Shown here: in pieces, positions 40,295 through 54,000 of the stretch
How positions within the stretch are numbered: the first letter of the stretch is position 1
How the letters are laid out: every line of letters begins with the position of its first letter
Assembly: GCA_016209225.1 (NCBI GenBank)
Contig: JACQWO010000069.1
Location: forward strand, 4,172-68,171
DNA: 64,000 nt
DNA from: Desulfobacterales bacterium
GTDB taxonomy: Bacteria > Desulfobacterota > UBA8473
Direction of reading: 5' to 3'
Position numbers and translations under genes: made by a program
The notes under the pieces: generated by a model
The model's database searches: none
Told to the model about the DNA's origin: nothing
What the model saw: only the letters and a program-made list of their open reading frames with translations

Positions 40295-40609
40295 ATGTCA
40301 AAAGGTTTTGGAAATATTATGAAACAGGCTAAGATGATGCAGGAAAGGCTTGGAAAGATCCAGGAGGAACTGGCCAATAAGACCGTAGAGGCTTCGGCTG
40401 GTGGAGGAATGATTACAGTTGTGGTCAACGGAAAACAGGAGCTGATTTCCATAAAGATAGACCCTGAGGTTGTCGACCCCAATGATGTGGAGATGTTGCA
40501 GGACCTTATAGTAGCCGCAGTAAGTGAAGGAATAAAGAGGTCGCAGGAGATGATGGCGGAAGAGATGAGCAAGGTCACTGGCGGGATAAAGATTCCTGGA
40601 TTAACCTAA
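40295..40609 (+). CDS. ybaB: YbaB/EbfC nucleoid-associated protein
   Basis: MKQAKMMQ, EASAGGGMITVVVNG, DVEMLQDLIVAA; dnaX-ybaB-recR synteny. Confidence 0.95.
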   Translation: MSKGFGNIMKQAKMMQERLGKIQEELANKTVEASAGGGMITVVVNGKQELISIKIDPEVVDPNDVEMLQDLIVAAVSEGIKRSQEMMAEEMSKVTGGIKIPGLT

Positions 40610-40640
40610 TTTAACTGTATAGGAATTTCCATTTTAAATA

Positions 40641-40684
40641 ACTTTAGGCACTTTAAACTTTAGCTCACTTTAGGCACTTAACTT
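40641..40684. repeat. ACTTTAG(G/C) short-repeat array between ybaB and recR
   Basis: ACTTTAGGCACTTTAAACTTTAGCTCACTTTAGGCACTTAAC. Confidence 0.55.
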
Positions 40685-40699
40685 GAAAAGAGCAATAGG

Positions 40700-41305
40700 A
40701 TGTCGTTTTCTTGCTTTGGTGATTCCATTGATCGGTTGATAGACAGGTTGAAAAAACTTCCGGGCATAGGTGAAAAGACAGCTACTCGTCTTGCCTTTTA
40801 TATGCTTAACTCCTCCAGAAAGGAAGCAGAGGAACTGGCCAAAAGTATAATCGATGTAAAGGAAAAGGTTTCCTGTTGTTCTGTTTGTTTTAATTTTTCC
40901 GATAGTGATCCATGCAAGATATGTGGGAATGAAAGAAGGGATGATAAGACAATATGTGTCGTAGAGGACCCGGCAGACTTTCTGGCAATAGAGAAGACAG
41001 GGAAATACAAAGGCAGATACCATGTATTGCAGGGGGTGCTCTCACCTTTAGATGGGATCAGTCCCCAGGAGATTAGAGTAAAGGAGTTGATAGAAAGACT
41101 GCGCGGTGGAAAGGTGAAAGAGGTTATTATCGCTACTAATCCCTCTGTGGAGGGAGAGGCTACCGCTATTTATCTGGCTAAGCTGATTAAGCCCATGGGG
41201 ATAGAGGTGACAAGGATTGCCTATGGAATTCCTGTGGGGGGTGACATTGAATATACCGATATGGATACCTTAAGTAGAGCCATGGAAGGAAGAAGAAAGC
41301 TATAA
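40700..41305 (+). CDS. recR: Recombination mediator RecR
   Basis: LPGIGEKTATRLA, CSVC...CKIC, ICVVED, ATNPSVEGEATA Toprim. Confidence 0.97.
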   Translation: MSFSCFGDSIDRLIDRLKKLPGIGEKTATRLAFYMLNSSRKEAEELAKSIIDVKEKVSCCSVCFNFSDSDPCKICGNERRDDKTICVVEDPADFLAIEKTGKYKGRYHVLQGVLSPLDGISPQEIRVKELIERLRGGKVKEVIIATNPSVEGEATAIYLAKLIKPMGIEVTRIAYGIPVGGDIEYTDMDTLSRAMEGRRKL

Positions 41306-41318
41306 ACAAACAATTTAA

Positions 41319-44891
<3,573 letters not shown>

Positions 44892-44913
44892 ATTGTCTGG
44901 AATAAGAAACTAC

Positions 44914-44954
44914 AGAAGCATCCTGGACACGTTTCTAGGGTGCTTCTTTTTTTT
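44914..44954 (+). terminator. Rho-independent terminator after PFOR
   Basis: AGAAGCATCCTGGA/TCTAGGGTGCTTCT stem followed by a T run. Confidence 0.8.
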
Positions 44955-45014
44955 GAACCATTCCCAGCAGAAACAAAGCCTCTGAGGACTTGGGTAGAAA
45001 AAATCTTGCCCACC

Positions 45015-46199
45015 TCATAAGATGGTGGAGCTCCTATCATCGATGATCTCCAGGATCCTTCTGTATACGTGATCGAACTTTTCACCTGTGTTCTTAAAAT
45101 AATGGACTCCCTCAGCTATATTTGATCGATAGAGCCCTTTAGCCGTCTCCAGAAGCCTTATATGAATAAATGCCTCATTGCCTGCCATAGGATTAAATTT
45201 GGCAGGATCTACAAAGACATCAAAATATCGAGGCGTCGAGGCGATTTCCCAGGGGGTTTTTGGTTTTCGGCAGGCATTGTATGTAAACTCAAGTCTGGAA
45301 CGGTGGTGTTTCTTTAGAAAATCAATTCTTCTGTAAAAGTCCCGAATATTCCTCCCGTGTGCAGGAAGAGAGAGGGCGATCTTTTCCAGTTGTTTAAGAT
45401 CATCTAAAGTACGAAGATATGTAACCAGATCGTTGGGATGAGGGGTTATGGGATATAAGAGGACATCTCCACAGATCAGTGTCTTCTCCTCATCCTCTTC
45501 TGAACCGATTCTGAGGCAGATTGACCCGGGTGAATGGCCTGGGGAGTGCTTTACTGTTATAAAATCACTCTGAAGTCCATCTAATGATAGAAAACCATCC
45601 ATTGCGATAGGATGATCCACCTTCAGAGAGAGGCTAAAAGATTCCTGAACAGCCTCTTTATGGTATTCATAGGCTGAAGATTTGGGAAGAGGCATACCAA
45701 AGGCTTCGTACCTGGGGCGTCCTTCAAACACTCTCTTTGAGATCGCCCATGGGTTACATATCTGATCAGTGTCCAGAACATGGGATGAAACTCCAGCCCC
45801 ATTTCTTTCTACTATGGTGCTACCCAAGAGATAGTGATCCGGGTGGCCATGGGTTATTATAATAGATTCTATGTCTTTGAGGGAGTAGCCTGCTGCTTTC
45901 AGTCCATTGATCAGTTCAGTCTCACTATAATCATCCGGTATATCTTTCACCTTTTGTGGTATTGGTTGATTTCTCCAGTAGTAGAATATCTTTTTAGCCA
46001 GATGGGTTGGAATACCTGTATCCACCATAATTAAAGCTTCATCTTCAATAACGTAAATGTGGGTCGGGCCAGGGCCTATAATGTCAGGACAGAATGTGGT
46101 AATCTGCGTAACTTTTCTGCCTTTGGAGAGTACGTATTGTTTGACTCTTCCACTTCCTGCTTCTGAATTAGGCTTGATGATATTCTCTTTAATATTCAT
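45015..46199 (-). CDS. MBL-fold metallo-hydrolase
   Basis: VDTG, THGHPDH, PGHSPG, GDVL, PAHG; ATGA overlap with the radical SAM gene. Confidence 0.88.
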   Translation of the reverse strand: MNIKENIIKPNSEAGSGRVKQYVLSKGRKVTQITTFCPDIIGPGPTHIYVIEDEALIMVDTGIPTHLAKKIFYYWRNQPIPQKVKDIPDDYSETELINGLKAAGYSLKDIESIIITHGHPDHYLLGSTIVERNGAGVSSHVLDTDQICNPWAISKRVFEGRPRYEAFGMPLPKSSAYEYHKEAVQESFSLSLKVDHPIAMDGFLSLDGLQSDFITVKHSPGHSPGSICLRIGSEEDEEKTLICGDVLLYPITPHPNDLVTYLRTLDDLKQLEKIALSLPAHGRNIRDFYRRIDFLKKHHRSRLEFTYNACRKPKTPWEIASTPRYFDVFVDPAKFNPMAGNEAFIHIRLLETAKGLYRSNIAEGVHYFKNTGEKFDHVYRRILEIIDDRSSTIL

Positions 46200-47299
46200 T
46201 TTTTATCTCCGGTATCGTCCAATAGTTTAGCTAGATTTTCGCTGTTTTCAACCCCATTGTCTTTAAACACTTTTCTCCATACTTCGCGGCTCTCCATGCA
46301 GAGGTATACACATAGTTTCGGATTATAATCCCTTATCCATTCTAACATCTTGGAATACATCTCTATCCGAATGGGTTTAAAGTACCTCATTTTCCCGTCC
46401 ATACCCGGAACAAACTCGTCATATATTATCTTACTTTGGGGGAATCTTTTTTGAATTATGGGCTTTAATTCAGGCAAAAACCTGAACCCCCCCATACTTA
46501 TCCATGAGACATTCCTGGGATCTATCTTGGCAAAAAGCCTCTCCAGTGTTCTCTGATAGCCTTCTTCCCATCCAGGACAATATATCAACGGATCAAAATG
46601 AAACCCTAACCTGTAACCGACCTTCTGGCATTTAAAGGCTGCATCTATTCTATCATCTATTGACGGTGCAAAAAATTCCTCTCTTTTGGCTACCTCTTCT
46701 GTATTCAAAGACCAGGATACCATTGTATTGCCATTATGTTGTAAATCAATTAGATTGCCTATATTATCTGTCTTTGTCTTTAACTCCAAAATTACATTCT
46801 CTTTGTGAGCGAAATATGGCACTATTAGCTTTGCAAAACCTGTCAGATGATCCAGGGCTAAACTATCGGTGAATTCCCCTGTCCCAATACGATATATGGA
46901 CTCGGAATCCTGGCTTAGTTCATACTCCAGTTCGGCAAACATATCCTCTATATTGGCATATACTACCATTGCCGGATTATTAAGGTAGGACTGAAGGATA
47001 CAATAAGAACATTCTAGGTTACAGTTGGTTGCGAAGTTCAGTATTCGGTAGCCACAGCATATATATTCCTTTGTGCCAGGACAGGCCTTCAGAAACCTTC
47101 CTCTGTTTTCCGTGAGTAAGAGTACCTTTTTCCCCACACATGAGGGGTCTTTTCCCCCTCTTATCGCATCTATTGCTGTGTTTGGGTCAGCTACATACTC
47201 TACTGGAACACCTGGAAGGTTATTAAGAATGTTGTGAGTAAGGAGTGAATCTCTGACTTTGGTATCGATAATAATCTTCCTGGGAATATATCTGACCAT
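46196..47299 (-). CDS. Spore photoproduct lyase (SplB)-like radical SAM protein
   Basis: CNLECSYC (CxxxCxxC), GTGEFTDSLALDHLT, LELKTK, SWSLN, HFDP, DGKMRY, YLCME. Confidence 0.85.
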   Translation of the reverse strand: MVRYIPRKIIIDTKVRDSLLTHNILNNLPGVPVEYVADPNTAIDAIRGGKDPSCVGKKVLLLTENRGRFLKACPGTKEYICCGYRILNFATNCNLECSYCILQSYLNNPAMVVYANIEDMFAELEYELSQDSESIYRIGTGEFTDSLALDHLTGFAKLIVPYFAHKENVILELKTKTDNIGNLIDLQHNGNTMVSWSLNTEEVAKREEFFAPSIDDRIDAAFKCQKVGYRLGFHFDPLIYCPGWEEGYQRTLERLFAKIDPRNVSWISMGGFRFLPELKPIIQKRFPQSKIIYDEFVPGMDGKMRYFKPIRIEMYSKMLEWIRDYNPKLCVYLCMESREVWRKVFKDNGVENSENLAKLLDDTGDKK

Positions 47300-47314
47300 C
47301 TCTTTAGTTCATTC

Positions 47315-47491
47315 TGAAAAATTTCCTTTTCCGCTCTCTGGTGCAGGATTTTTGACCCATCTATGACTTGCTCCAGGCATTTTCAGGAACTCGCCCTCCT
47401 GGCTCAAACACCTGAAAATGCTTATCTTCCGCTTCGTCAAGATGGGTACCCCAAAAATCCTGCTCATGTTCGCTCCAAAAGAAATTTTTCA
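47315..47491. repeat. 177-bp nested imperfect palindrome (MITE/REP-like)
   Basis: Arms TGAAAAATTTC/GAAATTTTTCA, GCAGGATTTTTG/CAAAAATCCTGC, ACCCATCT/AGATGGGT, GCATTTTCAGG/CCTGAAAATGC. Confidence 0.75.
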
Positions 47492-47509
47492 TTTTTCAGG
47501 GTGGACTCT

Positions 47510-48472
47510 TTAGCCTTCAATTATTCTTCTGAATTCTTTATTGTGTTTAATGGAGTCTATCTTTTTCAGATTCTCTTCCAGGTCATCCATGTTTTCAAAT
47601 TGAAACTCAATACAGTATCTGTCCCCCTCAAAAGACGGTGGGGGAGTCAGTTTTATAGAGTCTCCCATGTTCAGATTTCTTTTCATTTCCAGGAAATCCT
47701 CCTCAGCCTTAACTATCTTTGGATATCTCAGCTTCCTGAGGAAGTAACGCACCCTACTGCCCTTTTGGGGTATGTTGAGGCTGCTGTCGGCTAAAATGTC
47801 CCTTAATTCCCTGGCATCGAGAATGCCGGATATCGAGCATCCGTCTCTCTTAGTGATGTCATAGAAATTATCAATAATTTCGTTCTGCTTATTTTTGCTG
47901 AACCTTAAGACAGAGAGAAGTTGGAAGAGTAGTTCTCTGTCTTTTTCTGAAAAATTCAAAAGCTTTGTAGCTACCCCCTCATCTATCCTTCCATCTACAA
48001 CTGCGTCTTTAATCTTTATATCCAGACTTGATAGAGGTTTGACCCTATCCAATACCGAATAATGGGGGTTCAATCCTAAAAGAGGCAAGAATTTTTTTAC
48101 TATAACCTCGTCTGAATAGTATTTTTGTAGTTTACTAATGGTTATGGATTTCTCAACAGGGTTTAAAACCCTATGGGAGAGATTGTCATAAAGGCCTGTC
48201 AAAAAGGTATCCTTGTCTTCAATCTTCTGGCGAATAATAGCGCATCTCAATTTTTCTATCCCTATGTCCTGGCAGACCAGAAGTCTTTTATAACCACACA
48301 CTATGCTGTACTGCTCCTTGGATTTCTTTTTCACAAGTGGAGGATTGAGTATGCCTATCTTCTCAATGGATTTCTTTAATTGAGTTAGGGTAAAACCATA
48401 GGTAATGACAAAGGTAGTGTCAGTCAGATCAATGGACTTTAGATCTAATTGTTTATATTCTACGTTTCCCAT
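47510..48472 (-). CDS. ParB/Srx N-terminal-domain protein (orphan ParB-like)
   Basis: LKKSIEKIGILNPPLV, IVCGYKRL (GxxR), DNLSHRVLNPVEKS; start 48472 preferred. Confidence 0.8.
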   Translation of the reverse strand: MGNVEYKQLDLKSIDLTDTTFVITYGFTLTQLKKSIEKIGILNPPLVKKKSKEQYSIVCGYKRLLVCQDIGIEKLRCAIIRQKIEDKDTFLTGLYDNLSHRVLNPVEKSITISKLQKYYSDEVIVKKFLPLLGLNPHYSVLDRVKPLSSLDIKIKDAVVDGRIDEGVATKLLNFSEKDRELLFQLLSVLRFSKNKQNEIIDNFYDITKRDGCSISGILDARELRDILADSSLNIPQKGSRVRYFLRKLRYPKIVKAEEDFLEMKRNLNMGDSIKLTPPPSFEGDRYCIEFQFENMDDLEENLKKIDSIKHNKEFRRIIEG

Positions 48473-49335
48473 TTTGACTCCTGACTTCTCAAGTTTGGGG
48501 CTTTGCAACTAACTTGATATTTCTCCGGTATCTTTAAATACCTTTCCCCCTCTTTTATCCTTCCCCTTTTTAAACACCCATTGCCAAATATGGTACATTT
48601 TCTCGTTAGCTCTTTTAAGGACGCCTTGTACTGTTCAGGGAAAAGAACGCCGCTTTCCAATATATTAACCAAGGCTTTTATCCTAAACCTGTCGAGACCT
48701 ACAAACTTCTGGGATAACTGACCATGATGTCCTCCCCTCTTTATTATCAGAGGGGTTTCTATCAAATAGACAGGGTACCTAGCGGCTATTCTGAGCCACA
48801 TATCGTAATCCTCACACGCCGGTAAACTCTCGTCAAAGAAACCGATCCGGTCAAAGAACAAATCCCTTTTAATCATAACAGAAGAAGGGCTTATAATACA
48901 AAGGGGCAATATCTTCTCGAATATCATCCCGCTGTGTTTCCTGTGTTTCTTCATGGGATTTACTCTTATGCCATTTCTAAACCATATCTCTTCAGTATAA
49001 CATATCAAGGAATTGGGATCATGTGTAAAGAAATCCATCTGAGAAGAGAGCTTCTTTGGTAACCACTTATCATCGGAGTCCAGAAAGGCAATATACTCTC
49101 CAGAAGAGGTTTTTATGCCCATATTTCTTGCACAACTCACACCTCTCTTATTCTGATAAAGATAAATTGCTTTCTCAGAGTATCTTTGTACAATATCTCC
49201 AGTTTCATCTGTAGAACCATCATCAACGACTATAAGTTCAAAATCCTTATAGTCCTGGGATAGAACCGATTCAATTGCTTCCTCAAGTAGGTTTGCTCGA
49301 TTATAGGTGGGAATTATAACGCTTACTTTTGGCAT
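48460..49335 (-). CDS. GT2-family glycosyltransferase
   Basis: VSVIIPTYNR, VDDGSTD, ARNMG, FLDSDD, CEDYDMWLR. Confidence 0.92.
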   Translation of the reverse strand: MPKVSVIIPTYNRANLLEEAIESVLSQDYKDFELIVVDDGSTDETGDIVQRYSEKAIYLYQNKRGVSCARNMGIKTSSGEYIAFLDSDDKWLPKKLSSQMDFFTHDPNSLICYTEEIWFRNGIRVNPMKKHRKHSGMIFEKILPLCIISPSSVMIKRDLFFDRIGFFDESLPACEDYDMWLRIAARYPVYLIETPLIIKRGGHHGQLSQKFVGLDRFRIKALVNILESGVLFPEQYKASLKELTRKCTIFGNGCLKRGRIKEGERYLKIPEKYQVSCKAPNLRSQESKWET

Positions 49336-49348
49336 GGATAGATTCTTG

Positions 49349-49392
49349 GTAACTACTCAGGTTCAAAGGCACAGAGCACCAAAGGCATAAAG
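49349..49392. mobile_element. Truncated copy (one end only) of the GTAACTACTCAG element
   Basis: GTAACTACTCAGGTTCAAAGGCACAGAGCACCAAAGGCATAAAG; shares AGGCACAGAGCACCAAAGGCA with the reverse complement of the 33449 copy. Confidence 0.7.
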
Positions 49393-49453
49393 TTTATTTG
49401 AAATAGTTTTTCCCTTTCAAACTGATAAAGGTGCACCCCTCCCATAAACGGTG

Positions 49454-49744
49454 CTAGACTATTCCCTCCATAGGCATAATAAATGCCTTGACCCCGGCCT
49501 TGGGGTGCTTTTTCTTCATTTCTTTAACTGTCGAAATCAGATGTTCGACCTCTTTATCTTCAACTGCTATGGCCAGGAAGTTGTTCCTTCCTGGCCAGCA
49601 TTGAGTTCCCATATGAGGCTCGGTCTCGGTGCCTTCGCCCAGAACCTCAGTAAATTTTGTGTAGCCTCTTACCCCTGCGGCCTTTATGGCCCCTATCAGA
49701 TCGTAGTCAGCAGCCTCAGAGTACGCTATAAGAACCATTTTCAT
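49454..49744 (-). CDS. PII-like transporter-associated protein (PG0541-like)
   Basis: 96 aa; GYTKFTEVLGEG...PHMGTQCWPGRN; last gene of the RND operon. Confidence 0.75.
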   Translation of the reverse strand: MKMVLIAYSEAADYDLIGAIKAAGVRGYTKFTEVLGEGTETEPHMGTQCWPGRNNFLAIAVEDKEVEHLISTVKEMKKKHPKAGVKAFIMPMEGIV

Positions 49745-49745
49745 C

Positions 49746-51044
49746 TTATCCCCCTTCCCTCCCTATTATTCTCACATTGGCATTATCAACCAGGTTTTTA
49801 TGCCCTTTTGTAACTATCATGTCATTCCTTTTTAACCTATGGGATAATACCTCTACCTTTCTGTCAAGGCGTCTGCCAACTCTTATGTGGTCCAGTATTG
49901 CTCTGTTGTCCCTGATTATAAATATGGATGGCTTATTAGCCACTGACACAACAGCCTCTTCTGGAAGCACCATAGCGTCCTTTTTGGTCGAGGTGGTCAA
50001 CTGTATATCTGCAGAGAATCCCTGTTTTAATCTATTATCTCTATTCCCTATCTTTGCCTTTACCTTAAGGCTTCGTGTAGAAGGGTCGGATTCAGGGCTT
50101 ATAAAATATACCTTTCCTATAAACTTTTCTCCCGGGAAGACATTAACCGTGGCTACCAGGTTCTGACCTATCTTAACCTCACCGGCAAATGTCTCAGGGA
50201 TAGAGAAAGAGAGCTTTAACGGGTCGTTTTGCACTATCTTAAAAAGCTTAATGCCGTTTTTGATGTGCTCTCCAAGAGATACCATCCTACTATTAACTAT
50301 CCCCGTGATAGGAGAATATACCCTTGTATCTTTAAGATTCTTCTCCGCTACCTTCAAGTTCACCATAGCCTTTTCAACCTTTGCTTTTGCTACCCCGACA
50401 TCCTCTTTCGCAGGGCCACTTATGGCTATTCTATATCCATCTTCCGCAGTCAATGCCTTCTTCTTTGCCATTTCATATCTGGACTCTATCTTATCAAATG
50501 TGCCCTTATCTATTAACCCGCTCTCGTAAGATTCCTTCTGTTTCTTATAATCGCCCTCTATCTTCTCAAGGCTGATCCTTGCCTTATCCAGATTCGTCTT
50601 CATCTGTTCGGCTCTTTCTGCCCTTGCCCCTGCCATTAGTTTGTCAAAAGCTGCCCTTGTTTCTTCAACGATCGATCTCGCCTTTTCGACGACCAGCCGG
50701 GCCTTTTCATCGTCGACCTTGAGAAGAATACCCCCTTTTTTTACCGGACTCCCTTCATCGGCAAATATCTCTTTTACTTTCCCTGTAACCTCTGAAGTGA
50801 TGGTCACATTCTCATTTGAAAGAAACGAGCCAATGGCATCTATATCATAGTTAATATCCATTGTCTTTACACTGGCAGTCTCGACATCAATGACATTCCC
50901 TTCAAAACTTCTATTTGCTGTACCGCTAATCTCATCTTCCCCCTCCTTTCCACATCCAAAAGATGAGACATATATCAGTGATAGAGCGGAAAAGATAACG
51001 AGCACCATCTTTAGAGTTTGCAAACCTTTGCTCCTCTCGCCCAT
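49746..51044 (-). CDS. RND periplasmic adaptor (MFP) with long coiled coil
   Basis: SEVTGKVKEI lipoyl half, RVYSPITG, VLPEEAV. Confidence 0.9.
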   Translation of the reverse strand: MGERSKGLQTLKMVLVIFSALSLIYVSSFGCGKEGEDEISGTANRSFEGNVIDVETASVKTMDINYDIDAIGSFLSNENVTITSEVTGKVKEIFADEGSPVKKGGILLKVDDEKARLVVEKARSIVEETRAAFDKLMAGARAERAEQMKTNLDKARISLEKIEGDYKKQKESYESGLIDKGTFDKIESRYEMAKKKALTAEDGYRIAISGPAKEDVGVAKAKVEKAMVNLKVAEKNLKDTRVYSPITGIVNSRMVSLGEHIKNGIKLFKIVQNDPLKLSFSIPETFAGEVKIGQNLVATVNVFPGEKFIGKVYFISPESDPSTRSLKVKAKIGNRDNRLKQGFSADIQLTTSTKKDAMVLPEEAVVSVANKPSIFIIRDNRAILDHIRVGRRLDRKVEVLSHRLKRNDMIVTKGHKNLVDNANVRIIGREGG

Positions 51045-51053
51045 ATATTGCGG

Positions 51054-54000
51054 CTATTCAGCCCTACCCTCTCTCTTTTTCACAAGCCTTGTCAGCCAAT
51101 CATCAAAGAGGTCATAGGCTGCCGGAACGACAAGGAGTGTCAGAAAAAGGGAGGTAAGAAGACCGCCAATGACGGAGATTCCCATGGGGGCACGGGTTTC
51201 CGAACCCTCGCCGATACCGAATGCCACCGGCATCATGCCAAAGACCATGGCCAGGGTTGTCATAAGAATAGGCCTAAGCCTGACAGGGCAAGCATGGAGG
51301 ATTGCCTCCTGTCTTGACATGCCTCTTTCCCTTAGGGTATTGGTATAATCTACAAGCAGGATCGAGTTCTTCTTCACAAGCCCCATGAGGAGAATTAGCC
51401 CTATAAGACTGAAGATATTTAGGGTATTCCCGGTAATAAGGAGTGCCCCGAATGCCCCGATGAATGAGAGGGGCATGGCAAGCAAGACCGTAAAAGGGTG
51501 GACAAAACTCTCGAATTGGGAAGCCAGGATCATATATGCCATGACCACCCCAAGGATAAGGGCAAACAAGAGGTACCTGAAAGACTCTCCCATGGTTTCA
51601 GCCATGCCTTTGTACTTCGGCAGGTAATCAGATGGAAGCACCTTTGCCGATATGGCATCAAGCTCTGCCATTGCCTGCCCCAGGGGTTTACCCTCAAGAC
51701 TGGCAAAGACCGTTATAGCCCTTTGCCTGTCTACCCGGTTGATAATGTTGGGGCCTCCTCCTTCCTGTATCCGAACAACACTGGAGAGTTCAACAAGCCT
51801 TCCGTCCCGTGACCTAACATAAAGCCTTGCCAGATCATCCGGATCCTTCCTGTCTTCAGGGTTGAGCCTGACCCTAACCTCGTATCGTTTACCCCTGGCT
51901 TCATCCTTGAACTTTGTTATGTCCAGTTCCCCGCTGATAAGGATATTAATGGCCTGGGCAACAGTGGCAACATCCACCCCCAGATCCGCAGCCTTATCCC
52001 GGTCAATATAGACCTTAAGCTCCGGCTTCCCCGTCTCAAGGGAGGTGTCCACATCCACTATGCCAGGCAATCTTGAAAACTCAGCAACGATCTGCCTCGT
52101 GTAGGTCTGAAGGGAAGGCAGGTCCCGTCCCCTGATACTGTACTGAATCGGCACCATTCTCTGACCCCCGCCAATCATGGAGATATCCTCTGCCGTTGCC
52201 TTGAGTCCAGCTATCTGAGCGGTCTTCCTTCTTACCTCTGCCTTAATCTGCTCCTGGCTTTTCTCCCTCTCCGCCCTGGGCTTCAGACGTACGAACAGGA
52301 CGGCCCTGTTTATCTGAGGGGTTAAGCCAAACCCCAGTGCATAGAAGACCGTTCTCACCTCTGGGGTCTCTCTTAATATCTGTTCGGCCTTTTTGAAGAG
52401 ATCGTCTGCCTTATCAATAGAATAATCTATTGGGGCTTCAAGTCTCACAATCAACTGGCCCTGGTCTTCGGGTGGTATGAACTCCTTCCCCATGAATTTT
52501 GTGATATAAAGGCTAAAAATGAACATAAGCAGGGCAAGAAGCAGAACGGTTTTTCTGTAACGGAGAGAAATCCCCAGTAGTCGTCTGTATGCCCCTTCCA
52601 CCTTTTTGTAGCCTGTCTCAAACCATTGCCCCATCCTGTAAATGTAAGCAAATCCGGAAGGGGTTCCTGTAGGATTCCCCTTTATTGATTTCATCCTTTT
52701 CAAAAAGATGGAAGCCATCATCGGGGTCAGGGTAAAGGAAACCAGCATGGATACCAGAACGGAGAAGACCACGGTAAGCGCAAACTGCAGGAAAAATCTC
52801 CCGACCATCCCCTTCATGAATGCCACGGGAAGGAAGATTGCAACAATGGCAAAGGTGGTGGCCATAACCGCGAGTCCGATCTCGGAGGTGGCAAAAGAGG
52901 CAGCCTCCCGTGGCTCCCTCCCTTCCTCGACATGACGGTATATGTTTTCTACCACTATGATGGCATCATCAATGAGAAGGCCCACGGAAAGGGAGAGGGC
53001 AAGCATGGTCATGTTGTTAAAGGTAAAACCAAAAAATTTGATCATTGCAAATGTGGAGACAATCGATACAGGCAAGGCTACGGCAGTGATAAGGGTCGTC
53101 CTGAAATTTCTTAAGAAGATAAAAACGACAATAATGGCAAAAAGACTGCCCAGGATCAGGTGTTTTTGAACCTCGTTTATGGAGCGTTTGATAAACGTGG
53201 ACTGGTCAAAGGCGATGTTCAGGCTCATACCAGGCGGCAGGGTCTTTATAATACCCGAAAGCTCTTTCTTGACCCGGTTGATTACCTCAATGGTGTTTGA
53301 CCCTGATTGTTTCTGAACCCCTATGCCAACCGCAGGTACGCCGTTGAATCGCACAAGGGAACGTTTCTCCTGCATCCCATCCTCAACCCTTCCAATATCA
53401 CGGAGCCTCACCGGTGCCCCCTTATAATAGGCAACAATCAGATCATTGAAATCAGGCACATTGGGGAATTCTCCCTTGATCTTTACTGTGTATTCTTTGG
53501 ATGCAGTTTCAATCCTTCCACCGGGAAGTTCCACATTCTCACGCTGGAGCGCCCCTAAAACGTCATTGGCTGCAATCTGATAGGCTTGAAGTTTATTTGC
53601 GTCAAGCCAGACCCTAACCTCCCTCAGTCTCAATCCGCCCAGCCGGATAGCGCCAACACCATTGATCCTCTGGAACTGCTCCTTTAGTACCTCATCGGCA
53701 TACGTAGAAAGATCACGAACCGATCTTTGTCCTGCCAGATTAAACCACAAAACAGGCGTTGAATCCGGGTCAACCTTCTCTATAATCGGTTCATAAATGT
53801 CCCTGGGGAGTTTTTGTCTGACAACAGAGACCTTTTCCCTGACATCCTGTACCGCAAGATCGATGTCCCTTTCGAGGACAAACTCCACCGTTACCAGGGA
53901 TGCCCCTTCGATACTTGTAGATGTAATGCTCTTTACGCCGTTGATTGTGTTTACAACTTCTTCAATCTTATCCGTGACGTCAATGTCCATGATCTCCGGG

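Noticed and set aside
47363-47794. 143-aa plus-strand ORF
   Set aside because: Starts within the palindrome and runs antisense to the ParB-like gene.
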